A DNA stretch of 64,000 nt from Phoronis australis. Lineage: Eukaryota > Animalia > Phoronida. Below the pieces are notes generated by a model. It did no database searches. It was not told the origin of the DNA and saw only the letters and a list, made by a program, of their open reading frames with translations. The translations under genes were made by a program, and so were the position numbers. Location: contig NMRA01000394.1 in NCBI GenBank assembly GCA_002633005.1, forward strand, positions 186,001-250,000. Reading direction: 5' to 3'. This document shows, piece by piece, positions 35,350 through 48,675 of the stretch (position 1 is its first letter; each line of letters opens with the position of its first letter).

Positions 35350-38349
35350 TTGTAAAAACGACTGGCACGAGCAAGTTCACACAGCAGCGGCCATTCCTTG
35401 ACACCGGTTTGAGAGGTAGAGCAATTTTAAGTACACAGGGCGCCCTTAACTCAGGGTGGCACCCTAGCCTCAGGGCATTTTCTAGTCCCTAGAATTTAAA
35501 TACAGGTCGTTTGAGGAATTTGGTGACTAAAAATCTGCCAGGAAAGTGATTTACTTGTGTTTGAATGAGAAGTTTTTTAGCCGTGACCCACCTTCCATGC
35601 CAAATGGTGGTTGTCGCTTGCTTCCAACCCCTGTCGCCTGCTGACTGAGGAAACAGGTGCAATTTCAGGTGGCTGTCAGACAGATCGAAATAACGAAAAA
35701 AGTAGCTGGTAAGGGGCGTACTACAGTGTATAACCACATTTTTAGAATCTAGAGAATACGAGAATTCTGAATCTGTCGTCAGATTTTTTTCCAGCATTTG
35801 CATGGAAGTAGTAAATTTGGGGAGAAAACTGTCAAATTTGGTGTCTTTTGGTCCTTTTTTGTTTGCCGGTATATTTTTCCTGATGTGAATTAGCCGATTA
35901 AAAATCTGTAGTAGAATTAAGTTTCAGTTATCATGAGTAGTGCTTTTGAGTTGCAGGGGAACGCAAAAAACATTATGTTTTGTTCAGACTCTCGGTAAGG
36001 ACGTGGGATGAGGACTCGTGTCCACTTGGGTGTGTGGGGCCAGCCCAAAACCCTGTTGTAACTGTTCTGTGCTCCCTAGACAGGGCGGAAATGGTCATAT
36101 TTCACTGCGCTTGCGCAGTTATAGCGTACGTACGGGTAATCCGCTGGCGTTCCACGTGGTTTGGACGCTCGCTATTGTTTATCCGTGTTTGCGCAGGCAA
36201 TCTTGTGTAAGTGACTAATACTGATCCATTGTACGAGTTAATGTCCTGTAAATGCGACTTAAGTGGAGCAAGTCGCGCCGTAACAACTGACAAGGTGACA
36301 ACTGCCTCTCGTGTAATTCGTCGGAGCTCCCGTTGTTCGGAGAGCTGATGCATTAATTGATATTCGATATGATCGACATGCATCAGGACCTACCTAAAGA
36401 CTAACACTCCCAAAAACCTCTCTTTGAAGACGGCACTTCTTGAATTGTAAACAGTACCATTAACGCCTTTACAACTAATAGTAAAATAGTCTATAACTAG
36501 TGCTTTATTGTTACCAGCATAGGCACTCTTACATCTGATAATATTTCATCATGTTGCTGTCATTAATATTATCCTAATCATCGTTACCACAAATGGTTCT
36601 GAATGGGCTCAACTAAAACTTGAAATTAATGACAATATTATTCGCTATATAACTGATACCATGGTTTGATGAACTTAACTGAATTATTAACATCGTCGTT
36701 CATGGTTTTTTGTCATTTTCTTTAAATTATATATTCATGAAAGTGTACAGTTACCTGATTTCCATTACCTTATTGGGACATGATGTGTGTTCGACGAGGT
36801 GTGATTTTTGGTTTAAAAGTAAAGCCGGGCTTAATGACTTTTATTTTGGGTTATCTAGGTCTAATGTTTTGAATACAATGCAGGGCATAGACTAATTTCC
36901 AGCTTGGCAGAAATCATGGCAAATGGTCTCATTGGCATAGGTGGAACATGTAATTTTAATGAGTCTCGGAACTCCCTGCCATAATTTTACTCACCTCACG
37001 CACGCTATAGTCAATTAAGGTTGAGTAATTCTGACATCAACGTACAGGTATTTCCCTTGACAAAAAAAAACTTAAGAACAGACACAGTTCCCATAGGTCA
37101 GTTCAGTGCAATCTATAGCCACCGAATAAGATTTCAATGAGTTGCCCGGAGTAACTGCCCCTAATCAATGCGCCAATGTCAAATATTCGAGAGGAGAAGA
37201 ACATAAAATTGAAATTGGTGGAGAAAACCAAAGAGCATATTTTACGCGAAGCACATCGGCATGATGACATGGGGTAGAAACAATCAAAAATGAGACTACG
37301 TTAAAATTTAAACAACACAAGCATTCATCGAAGACGGAAAATTTTGCGAATTATAGAAACTAATGTTCTCGGTGGTTTTATAAGGAGACGAAAGAGGTTT
37401 CTGGGGTAAAGTGATGTCGGGGTTGGGTTGCTACTGGCGTCGACCGGAGTGCAGGAGGAGGAAAAGTTGTTGTCGACTGGAGGGCGGCAAAACTGGTGTT
37501 GAACTCGAGGGAAAGCTTGGTGGGGGCGGAGTTGAACCTGAAGTCGACAGGGGAAGATTGAGTTCATATTTTTTACTCTCTCCCATTACCACGCAGGTTA
37601 AATATAAATTATGCAAATACAGTAATTCAATTTCGAATTTGGCAGAAATAAACAAAAAGAAATGAATGTTTTTTTTTCTAAGCGCCAACTACATAGAGTT
37701 GTTAAATGCGCCGCAAGATAATTAGGTCATTCGCAAAAATCCCGTCTAAATCCTACTTCACAATGGATCCATAATAACAACAATACCTGGTATATAAAAC
37801 AGAACAGCGAAAACCACAGCTTGTCTCGTCCAGCACAACATCTCAAAGCCGAGTGCCGACGACGTACTCATTAGTAAATTATATTTAGGATTCCGAACAA
37901 TCGATTTCTCATGGGAAACGAGAAATCACAACCAGGTAACGGCACTTACTTTGCTACTAACAATTGTATGTCTTTCCAATTGCATGTTGCCTGTGTCAAT
38001 TGGAAATTTGTCACACAGGAAACCGTTTAACATTACAATATCATGCTGTCATTGATGTATCATGGAAGCTATTAACGAAGGATGTAGCCAAGTTCAACAG
38101 CATATCAGGTATATTTACGTCAGCATATTTATCGACAAGATACGTTTTGTTATCTGTATTTATGAAAGTGCAATTAAAATATTATGAATAAGATCACCGA
38201 CCGTAGTTGAAACATTCATCAATACAGGAAAGCATCAACTATTGAACAACGAAGACCAGTCACGAAAATGTTGGCAACAGGGTAGGGTTGGAATGAGTGG
38301 CAATCTGGGTCACTTGCAATTTATATCAGTTTCGACCTGAGGGAGGACT

Positions 38350-38440
38350 CATCCATCATCAGAATCATCATCATCGACATAATTATCATCGTCATCATCA
38401 TCACCATCCACCATCATAACCAATCACCATCGACATCGTC
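38350..38440. repeat. Degenerate (CAT)n trinucleotide repeat
   Basis: Runs of CATCATCAT/CACCAT. Confidence 0.75.
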
Positions 38441-39031
38441 GTAAAATTTAAAATGAATTTTCCACAACAGATTGAAATACAATAAATAAAATTCGAAATT
38501 AAACATATGTTGGTATCAAAAGATAATGATCTAAGACAAGACAAGATATACATGTAAATAAAGGAAAAGGGAAAATGACGATATCAAATATATTACATTT
38601 ACATTAGGAATAATGTTGCAACGTACTGGATACTTGCATGCCACTCAAATTGTTAATTCCAGTCAATCAAAGGGCGGGAAAATGAAAACTTTAATATCGT
38701 CCACAACATCGGCTCACAAACATCGGTTGCTTATGAAAGCCTTAAGGTAACGTGTTAGCGAGTTTGGTGCTCTGACACTGCGGACGTGAAATGTAAAAGT
38801 ATGAGTTAGACCTCACGATGGGCAGAATGCACGTACGAGAATACACATTAACATTCACATTCCTAATTGTATAACAAATATTTCGTTCTTTACATCTGCT
38901 TTGATATAGGCTAAAAGTAAAATACGTGGAACATATGTTGGTGACAGCACAGGGGCTTTTGACTTCCAGAAATTGGACCTCCCCGACATAACCTGCATAC
39001 CGGGATTGTCTGTAGATAATCCCACCCGACG

Positions 39032-39088
39032 AAACGCTCATGGGTGTTTATCGAAAAAATTTTGCCGAATAAACACCCATGGGCGTTT
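39032..39088. repeat. Short inverted repeat / hairpin
   Basis: AAACGCTCATGGGTGTTTAT ... ATAAACACCCATGGGCGTTT, 19/20 complementary. Confidence 0.8.
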
Positions 39089-39590
39089 AATTGGTGTTAA
39101 ACTTCTGGTGTCAAGTGTCCAGATTGTGGGGCATTTATTCGGAAAATGGACTCTTAAAATGCCCACTCAGCGTCAACTTTTTGTCACATATTAAATTTTG
39201 TGGACCATCTACCATTTATAAAAATAAATAAGATGTTGGTGAACTATGGATTTATTAACATAAAATTTAAAAACACAGTTTTAAGTAAAAAATATCAAAG
39301 TCAGCAAAGTCACGACTTTCAGTTTGCACGCTTCCTTTTCCAAATAAACGTCCAGTCTTTATTTGGTATTACTAAAAATTTAAATTTTCTGAATACACGG
39401 ACATTCCCGGTACCCATCGCTGAATATGACTTTACGTGATGTAAGCCTAGAAAATGCCGAAATAATTATGCATGGGTGTCGCACATTACTTAGGTACATG
39501 AGTTCATATAGATATTCAAATTCACTCGAATTACAGTTGTATAGACAATAGTGCCATTCTAAATATAAATATATACACAAAATCTACAGA

Positions 39591-39709
39591 GAGTGGCGTT
39601 GATGAATTAATATCCCACCAGACATTACTCCGCGTATCGACCGAGACCGAAGGCAGAGGTCGATACGCGGAGTAATGTCGGCTGGGATATTACTACATCT
39701 ACGCCAATC
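39591..39709. repeat. Long DNA hairpin heading a dispersed element (related half-copy at 51099-51310)
   Basis: 22-bp perfect stem at 39621-39642 / 39658-39679, with imperfect extension to about 50 bp per arm. Confidence 0.85.
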
Positions 39710-42577
39710 GAGGTACGTTTTGTATTTATCCAATACGCAACAAATTCCAAAGTTTCTTTCATTTTTTCGCCAGATTTTTCAAATACCCACTCGAGACTGT
39801 TCACGTGGCGGATCACATCCTATACGTGTTTACTTGCGCACTAGGTTGCAAGTTTTCTCTAGAAAAAGAAACAGTTTTAAATGTAATTATTCATTACTTG
39901 AATACAGATAACCAAGATGAAAGCAACGGTAACTGCGCATTGAATTTGTAACGTCCCCTGAAAATAGTTATATAATAACAATATTTCATATTGTAGTTAC
40001 CGCGGAATCGGCGCCTGTGTTGCAGACGACTATGTAGCAATTGAAAACTGAGACAGAACTGTCATATAATTAACAATCCTGTTCCGGATGTTACGATTGA
40101 GACCCGATTGCGTGTTGAGTGTTACTCACACTGTTAAAATTGCATTACTTTAAATTATTTTCCGAAAGGTTGATGATCGAACCGGCTATCGACGTCGAGT
40201 CGACATTCACCCACCTTATGAACTTTCCATGACAGAGGTCGCTGCTGAAGTAGTGCGGCAGGTGAATACGGAAAACATTATTACATGGCCGTATATCCCT
40301 CGACTGATTCAACGCGTATGGGATAAACAACATTAATACACCGCACATGCCTTGATGATCAAGACCAAGAAGTATCATATCTCAAATACACAAATATAAA
40401 GGACACTTATTTTTCTCTGTTGCCTTCACCATCATGCCCTTGAACAACCCAACTATAAATTAACTTTGAACTACACTTCACGTATCTGTCTGAAAAACAC
40501 CAATAGTGGGTCACATTCCCCTGTATAAGAGTTTCACTGCAGTGCTAGAGTTTGTTTTACGTAGTGATGAAGAATAAACAGATAAACATGAAGTCAAACA
40601 TCCCTTCCAAAATTAGACCGCTTCTGTCCCTGGTCCATAACCGGGTCTTTAAATGTTAAAACTAATGTTATTGTTGCAAGAGCTTGAGATGTCCCAGTGG
40701 GTCAGGCTTGATTGGTGCAATTCCAACTAGCATATTAAGGTATAGACAATATGAAAACAGCTTTAAGTAAAAGGTAGTGATTCGTCTGCACAGTGTTCGC
40801 TTCATGTGTGCGGAATTGTTCCGATATACCGTACACGATTTCACAGTGCTACGAAGTTACATTAATTATAGTAAAAATACCTTGATCTGCAGAAAAAAAC
40901 GAAATATCAATTTCTCCCGAGCCCAAAAGTCATTTCAAAACTGAGCAAAAACCCGTTAAGAACAATTATTTCGGTGTATGTGGTCTAAATAAATGCTTGG
41001 TTTTGTCTTAATAAGATGCTCGATTTTAAAAGGGCACTCCATGACGTGTTGATTGGAGGAATGCGTTCGCTAACGGCTTGATCAGCTACATGCAAGGTGT
41101 GCATCAGTGACTGTCACATTCCATGCATTCCACGTTGGCGTAAAATCTTCATCTTAGCAAAGCTTATTTTTTCACTTAATGTGAAAATTAGGTGCGAGGT
41201 GCGTAAACGCGACCGGCGGTCCTCTTTGAATGGATTAACTTTGTCAAGTGAATGTGGCCAACCGGATATGCTCCAACAACATGACCATCAGCCGCTGAGA
41301 GCCAGCGTTAGGTGACATTTTAAAAGTTTGTGGTATGTTACCTCTTACCCAGTGACTAGTAGATCAATGCCCAAGCGACCAATGCACTGTCTGACAGCAC
41401 TCAGGATGACACTAGCCAAGTAATAAGTTCGACTAAAATTGGTGAATAAAGATCGCACATATCAACAAAAACAATTGTAAGTATTCCTCGTGTTTGAAGG
41501 TGGTTGTTTTCATGCATAATGTTGAAACTTAGGCATAGTTGAGAAACACAGCAAAGATAGGAATTTGTGGACGAAAATAAATGTTTATTTCGCTTCGCAT
41601 AGAACTTTTACAAATTTTTGGCATACGCTTGTAACTATTGATTGCTGCACGGCATGTATGTCCCAATCGATGCGAGTTCATCACGCACAGTGGTTTCATT
41701 GATAGATATACTTTGAGATGTCGATACAGTTTTGCCATTTCCGAAACTTGGTTTTTCTCCCAAAAGGTGTCGCTTGCATGTTTCAGGTTTCTGGTCCTGA
41801 GCAAAGATCAGTTCACTGCAAAACATTAGCTTGCACTTAGGCGAAAAAAATTCACTTCTGAGTCGGAAACATTGAATTATTCAATCTCACAACACCACAC
41901 CCCATCTTCACCGACCAATCTCTATACGTTAGCCAAGCCTCAGACCACAATCGTGAGGCACTGTCTCTCTTTTCACTCGGGCGATTTTGCGAGGTCTATC
42001 GACAGCTCGGTTCCTGTTTTTGATGCCAGTGTATACATTTACCTCATTCACATATGAATGAACAATATAATTACAGTGTGATTGCGATGCCCTTATTACC
42101 TTTTGTTACATGCTGACATTCAACTAAATATGAGCTGGAATTACTGCACACGTTCGTTACTAAGAATTAAATTTGATCACTAGTTTAAATGTCAAAAAAT
42201 ACTTTTAATTTTGACTTTCCTTTATAGTCACTGAAGCACATTATCTAAACCGGGAGTTTGTGCATGTAGTCACGTGGCGGGAACTTATTTTTAACAATTT
42301 TTGCTCGAAAGTTGCAAATTGAGTTAGTTCGCTTTGTGGGTTTGCTGTGAGGATTTTTAGACTTTTTAGTCAGACAAAATGGATGCCAGAATGAAACGGC
42401 TTACAAAATTTCCACCGAATTGTTAATTTTCATTTTGGCTGTAGATTTTTTAAAATTTATTAAAAGTAAAATTTTAGGGATTAACGTAAGACACTGAAGA
42501 AATGTCCAAATTTGGCTACATTCAAAAGTGATATCTCAAAAATAGCTGATCGGATTGATACATGTATGAATCTTTCA

Positions 42578-42679
42578 GATGTCGTGGTTTATGCTGTGGT
42601 CTCATATACGATATTGTGGTCTATGCAGTGTTATCCTATGCGATATCGTGGTCTATGTAGTGTTATCCTATGCGATGTC
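42578..42679. repeat. 33-bp tandem repeat, about 3 units
   Basis: Repeated GATATYGTGGTCTATGYAGTGTTATCCTATGC. Confidence 0.8.
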
Positions 42680-45600
42680 AGAAATTGTTTTATGAGTGCT
42701 CCACTTTTGCACGAGGTGCTATAAATCAGGACTTGCACGATTTTCAGAAAAACAATGCACGAAATGAAAACGAAATAATAACAGTAACAACGTCTTCGAG
42801 ATTTCATCTTGATCATTAATATCATTTGAAATTCGGTTATGGTATTGATACTTTTGTCTTGCTACCAGTGAACATTTTTTCGCTAATTTTTATAAAAATA
42901 TGTGATCATATCAAAGACAGATTGTCAAAAATGTACAGGATTTCCACTTTGATAAAATAAATTCTTTTACTGGTTTAAAATAAATTATCTTGTAGACATT
43001 TGGATTGTACAGACACGTCGATAAGGTCTTACAAAACCTTAAAAATCCATACACCCGGTTGTAGTTGACTAAAAACGAAAAAGTCGAATTAGGAGCAATT
43101 TTGACACCTATAAAATAGGTCTCGTAATATTCTTCACTGTGTGAGAAGGTTCCGTTTCTGTTACCAAGTATAATCTCATGCCTTAGAGTTTATCGTGTCG
43201 GTCAAACCTAAAATTGGGGATTTGAAAACAGCGCACGTCGCAAAGCCTGAGACTTGAGTTACCGAGTCATTTGTCAATCATTCAAGACCGAATGAGCACG
43301 TAAATGTTTTTGAACCCAAAGCGCTTCAGTTAAGATTTAGACATTGACAGCATTCTTGTTTATAAGTGATTATTTATTATTTAGACCTCTCTGGTAATTA
43401 ATTTTGCATGTGGTGTTTTAATTTTTCTTGCATTTTGAAGTGGTTTGTGTGACCTATAGTAACCTGGGTCAGAGATTGGTGCCTTCGCTAAGTTTTAAAC
43501 AATTTGTCTAAATATTAGTTTCACGCAAACACCAATCTTTGTAATACACTATATTGGCAAAAACTGACTCAGCCGTATGCGTACGTGTATCCGCGAATGA
43601 AGAGAAAGACTAAGTACGCGTAAGAGCGGCCAGGAAATTTATTTGCCGTGATAACTTATTTTCCGTGATACAGGCAATTTTCCAATATTGTTGCAACAGA
43701 GTAATAATAGAATTCCCACGAATAGTGACAATGTGTACTGTATTGGGATGGTTTACAACCACGGAATAGCTTTCGAAAATACATGGCGTCTCGAAATGCA
43801 TGCAGCCCATGCCATTGCTCAGAATTCTTCCGATATTGATGGTCTTGTTTTATAATAGAGAGGCGGCCATCGAAACCAGTAATCGTTAATCAAAATGTCT
43901 TTGACGACGGAAGAGTGGTATTATTTTTGGCATTATCTATCTAGAATGAGTTAAAGACGAGACTTTTGCACGAAGTTCAACTTTAACAGATGTGTTCGGA
44001 AAAGCCATAGTCATTGTTGGGTTTCAAAATTATGGTTAAAAACGGAAAGCAACCTTAACAAGTAATAAGGAAGGCCAACATTACGCAAGATCTTAACTGT
44101 ACCATTTTTGGACAATGTGGGTGTAATAGGTAGGCCAAACGTTTTCCGTAAAAGATAACCTAGAGCTAGACGCGACCGCAACAAGATCAATTTATAAATA
44201 TTGCGATTAGCACACACTTGTGTAGCCGTGATAAAATGTTCTTACCAGCAGAAGTGTGTTTACAGTATTACCGACGCACCGAAATTATACCATCATGTAT
44301 TGTTGCCTCATTTCCATGAGCAAAGCATGTCATAAAAACAACAAAAGTTAAATTGATAGTCAGGCAATACCATAAATTTAAGTGGGTTATAAATGTTCCA
44401 CCATCGATAGTGCTCAAACAGGATTTTATGCTCGAAAGGCAATAGCGTCATTCACTGTCTAGTAAAGTATGAGCGTCAACGGTATTTTACGTCGGTAATG
44501 TAAAACTGTAATAGCCCCCACTCTTTCGGAATACATAGCTGTTGAACTTCTCTTCTTTTCCGTTATTCACACTGTACATTGAACTAGTTTTGGAACGTCG
44601 GGCACATTGTTACAGGTCATGTTGGAAATCGTCGAGGTGTATGGTCGTCGAAACGTTTCCGATTTCTGCCGTTTAAAAGCGCTGGAATTGAAAGGCATCT
44701 TCAAGAAAGGAGATTCTGTTCGATTCAAAATAAACCCTACATTTACACTTCCTCCATCACTCATTTCAGTTTGTTTGCGTAAAGCGCTACCTCTTGAAAG
44801 TTCGACCAGCCAATCAGACACGCCGGTGTAAAAAAATTCCCGAGGAAGATTAAATGATACCTGCGTGTTCTCTGCCACCTAGCGACGCGCACTGAACCAG
44901 AGAGATCAAGCAGATGCATGTGTAACCTCGTTTTTAAATCCGGTAGTCGGAAGTGTGCATGATTGTGATTATGGACTATTGATCATCTAGTTGGGTGCTT
45001 TTCGATTGTGCTTGTACCTAGGCAACCCCTCCAAGGCTCACAGCGAGTACAAGCATTTTGACATAGGATCTAGCAATAACATGATTACTAGAAAAACAGC
45101 TGGATTTTGTAAAACTAGAAAATGATCGGCAAAAATTAACACCACTGAAAGACAAAAAGTACGAAAAACAACATTTGTTCTCACGAACTGACTTTGCAGA
45201 TTGAGAAACTTTAATTGTAGCTGAAACGGTTCTAGTGACCCCGAATTCCTTTCTAAAACACTCATTTGAAAACAGTGTTGCCAAACTACGAATGCAATTT
45301 TTTTTCAGTTATCAACATTTATTATCAGTTACCAGAATTCAACATTAATTTTCAAAACCCAATATCACAATACGGGTACGGGGGGGCAGCTAGGGGTTGG
45401 TGACCGCCGTGCTCGATCCAGTTTCAAGTTGTATTGCTACAATGGTCCTGGATCCACCTCTGTCTATAATTATTCGAGCTCTCTCAGATCTTGATTCGCA
45501 AAGAAAAACTTTGCAGGGACAGAAATCTTTTCGGAAGTGAGGATGTCAGAGTGGAAGTTGTGGTAGACTCACATTGTTCATCACTCCCCAGCTAAACTTG

Positions 45601-45703
45601 ATTGCCGATGGATGGTAACTATTTCGGTAACAGGCCTTGGATGCCTACCCCGATCTAAATAACAACGATGAAGCATTAGAAACGGTATCTAGTAGTTGGC
45701 CGA

Positions 45704-45716
45704 TGCCACCTAGCGG
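45704..45716 (-). promoter_or_regulatory. CTCF-like motif CCGCTAGGTGGCA
   Basis: Close match to the bilaterian CTCF core CCRCYAGRKGGCR. Motif match only. Confidence 0.4.
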
Positions 45717-45959
45717 CTAATTTCATGGCAATCATCAACACCGTAGACCATATTGAAAGTGGTAATCAAAAACTATGAGAAATAATTATGCTTTCGTTGG
45801 GTTTAGCAAAGGTAGTAGTAACAGGAAAAATGAACCCGTGTTCCAAACTTATCTGATTGATAAACTTTGGCAGAGCGATAAATATAGATAAACTTGGCCT
45901 TACAAGTTTACGTTCAATATGGAATTTTAGCCTGCCCAGTTAAGATAATATGAAGATAT

Positions 45960-46689
45960 ATGTAGATCATTACATCCCCCGTAATCTAGAGCCCGAGTGG
46001 ATTTTGGATAATTCTCCAAAATCTACGAAAGCTCTAGAAAAGGGGGATAACGATTGAGAAAATGTAATAATCTATTTATACCACATACTGAAAGAGGAAC
46101 TTTGCAATTAATCGATCTACATGTACCTTTCTCGAATCGCCTCGGCTGTAACTACTTTCTATGTCAGAGGTCCGGGGTCGGAGGTCGTGACCTTTTAAGA
46201 AATTCCGAGCTATTTTTGTCAAGTAATGCTTTATTCAAAACCAATTGAAAATTTAAACAAAAGGTTTAGCAACTATTATAGCTTACTACATATTTTATTA
46301 CGCCAAGCTTCAACCGGGAAAATATCGTCTGCTAAAGTAGGTAACTGACTATAATACTCAAGTCAAAGGATCCCGACGACACGATACCGACATTCTAATT
46401 GGAGATCGTTGATTTACAAGAGAGAGAACACGAGACAAAAAAATCGCTGAATTAAAATATCGTTTTTATGGAAATTATGCGTCTTATTTTTCATAGCGTA
46501 TAAATGTCGGTACAGTGCCTTTTGTTGAACATGCGATTGTTTCGCGTGCTCATTTAAGTATTCTATTTTCACTTTCGATGACGTCAGCTGCTGAGTGGTG
46601 TAGTGAGAAATTCGGCGACCTGAAACTCTTGAGGCCCGGGTTCGAAACCGGTCTCAGTTTCCTATTCGACGCTAATATTGTGGTATAAA
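45960..46689 (+). mobile_element. Unclassified non-autonomous element, copy 2
   Basis: Colinear with 1-804. 5' hairpin arms TAGATCATTACAT / ATGTAATAATCTA, inverted repeat at 46075-46085 / 46679-46689, B-box GGTTCGAAACC at 46639. Confidence 0.8.
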
Positions 46690-48605
46690 ACAGCTTCATT
46701 CAAACCAGATTTTTTCCTGCCTTCACTTTTCTGTCCTTCACGCTATATCTTTGTAATTACCTATGTGTGAAGCATTGTTATTTTGTTTCTGACCAACAGT
46801 CATTTACTTCCCAATGTTGATTTTTAGGAAAATTCTTACAGTGGCCATGAAAAGGGATAAAAATCGCCAGAAACTCGTACCATTATTTAGGCACACTTTG
46901 TCCTGAAAAATGAATCGGAGGTGGTGTCACACATTCAAAATCCACGCCAACGTAATACATCGACAATTGTAATTACAAGAAAACGCAATATAACCATTAC
47001 GCTACCGGCACCCTCCCTTGCGCCCGTCCCGTGACCTCAAGCCAGCTTACCCACTCGAGTAGACAATACAAGAGATCAAATCACTCACCTAGATGATATC
47101 TGAGAGAATATTCGCCCGAGAGGTGGCGCGCCCACACTACTACTGCCTTCTCCAGAGGAGTTGGAACCACTAAACACTACAATTTCATGTGGTGCCAGGC
47201 CGCCAGTTCGCGTGAGACTTTGCGTTAATGGATCTTAACGCTGGGCAAAAATTCACTTTGACAGACGCAAACTCCATTTTAGTTTAAATATCTAACAGCT
47301 ATGAAATTTATTTCAACTTGCTCCGTACACAAACGAGAAACGGTTTCTGAGCTTGATGTTGGGACCTGTACTGTGTATGAATCGACCCGCCTTGACAAAG
47401 CAATTTTGCTAGTGCAAATGCATACCAATATCACCACTGTGAGTGGTGTAAATCAAAACACATTTTGACTGAAGGCGGGCTGAAATGAGATGTGATTGTA
47501 ATTGATGAAGGCAAATTGGGCAATGGTAATCTTTGACCATTATACCATTATTATTTGTGTTCAACATCTGAACTACTTTTGGACTACGTATAGTTACAAC
47601 AACTGTTCAGTCTCAGTTTTTATACAGTAACCAAACTGTAACATTACAGGATTAAGTAAAACAATATTATTTTGTTTTATGAGATACATAGTGGTATATA
47701 CATGTAGACATTCTTGATAGCATTTTGAAAAGCTGCTCTGTTTTAATCAAAGTGGTGACAATGAGGGAATGTTAAACGCACTAGCGCGTTATGTCGACTT
47801 AACACCGAACACAAACCTTACTATTCATAGGCTATAAAAAACGTTAAACAGTTTAAATGTTTAGAAAATAAATGTGCCAACGATAATAGATTGAGAGGCA
47901 ATAAAAATGCGAAACAATGGTAAATTTTAAGTCATAATAACAACTACCAGACGTTGAAAGACATGACGTAATTGTTGGCGGCGCTTACTGAAATCACAAG
48001 TGCAATATTACTATGTTTGCTTCATCAAATTGTTTTACATTAAAATTAGTTTTTTATGTGAAAAATCGTAAATACAATGTGAAAATTCAGCGGAGTTTCA
48101 GGGGCACGCCTAAGCGAATGATTGGACAAATACGTTGTGCATGTACTGTTTGTATAGCTTCGAATGATTTACGCCGAGAATGCCGACAGCGGATATCAGT
48201 TTTTCAAAAACAGCCTAATGATACTATATAAATAGAAAAAGGTAGGAATAATTGACAAACTCTTCACTAAAGTTGTTCCTAATTACCGAACAGTGTAAAC
48301 AGAACAATGCATTTTTAAACAAAAAATCTAAGAACTTGTGTAGGTTTATTCTTTTTGCCGCAGTTATTGATTTTTCTGGCGTAACACAAGGTTTATGGAT
48401 CGGTATTGTTCGTTTGAGTCGTTTGGTTACGAACATTTGTAGTATTGACGCCTTGACGGAGGCCTATTAAGACTTAAACGGACAATGGACAAGGTTGGAC
48501 GTACTCGCTGGGATTTTGGTCAGTGGTACCAGTTTTGCTTCCCATAAAAATTAGCGTTGGGAACGCGTAAACTATTGCTCAGGCCGAATCCAGATAGGTA
48601 TCGCC

Positions 48606-48675
48606 ATGAACCTGTTCTCTTCAACTTCTATTGGCCTCGTCTTGTGGTGGACTATGTTAGCTGCTGTTTTTCAAG
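48606..48675 (+). CDS. Probable first coding exon of a secreted or membrane protein: signal peptide MNLFSSTSIGLVLWWTMLAAVFQ(G/A)
   Basis: Kozak-like tcgccATGa, 23 codons with a hydrophobic core, and a strong phase-1 donor CAAG|GTAAGA. No downstream plus-strand exon was recognised in the window. Confidence 0.6.
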
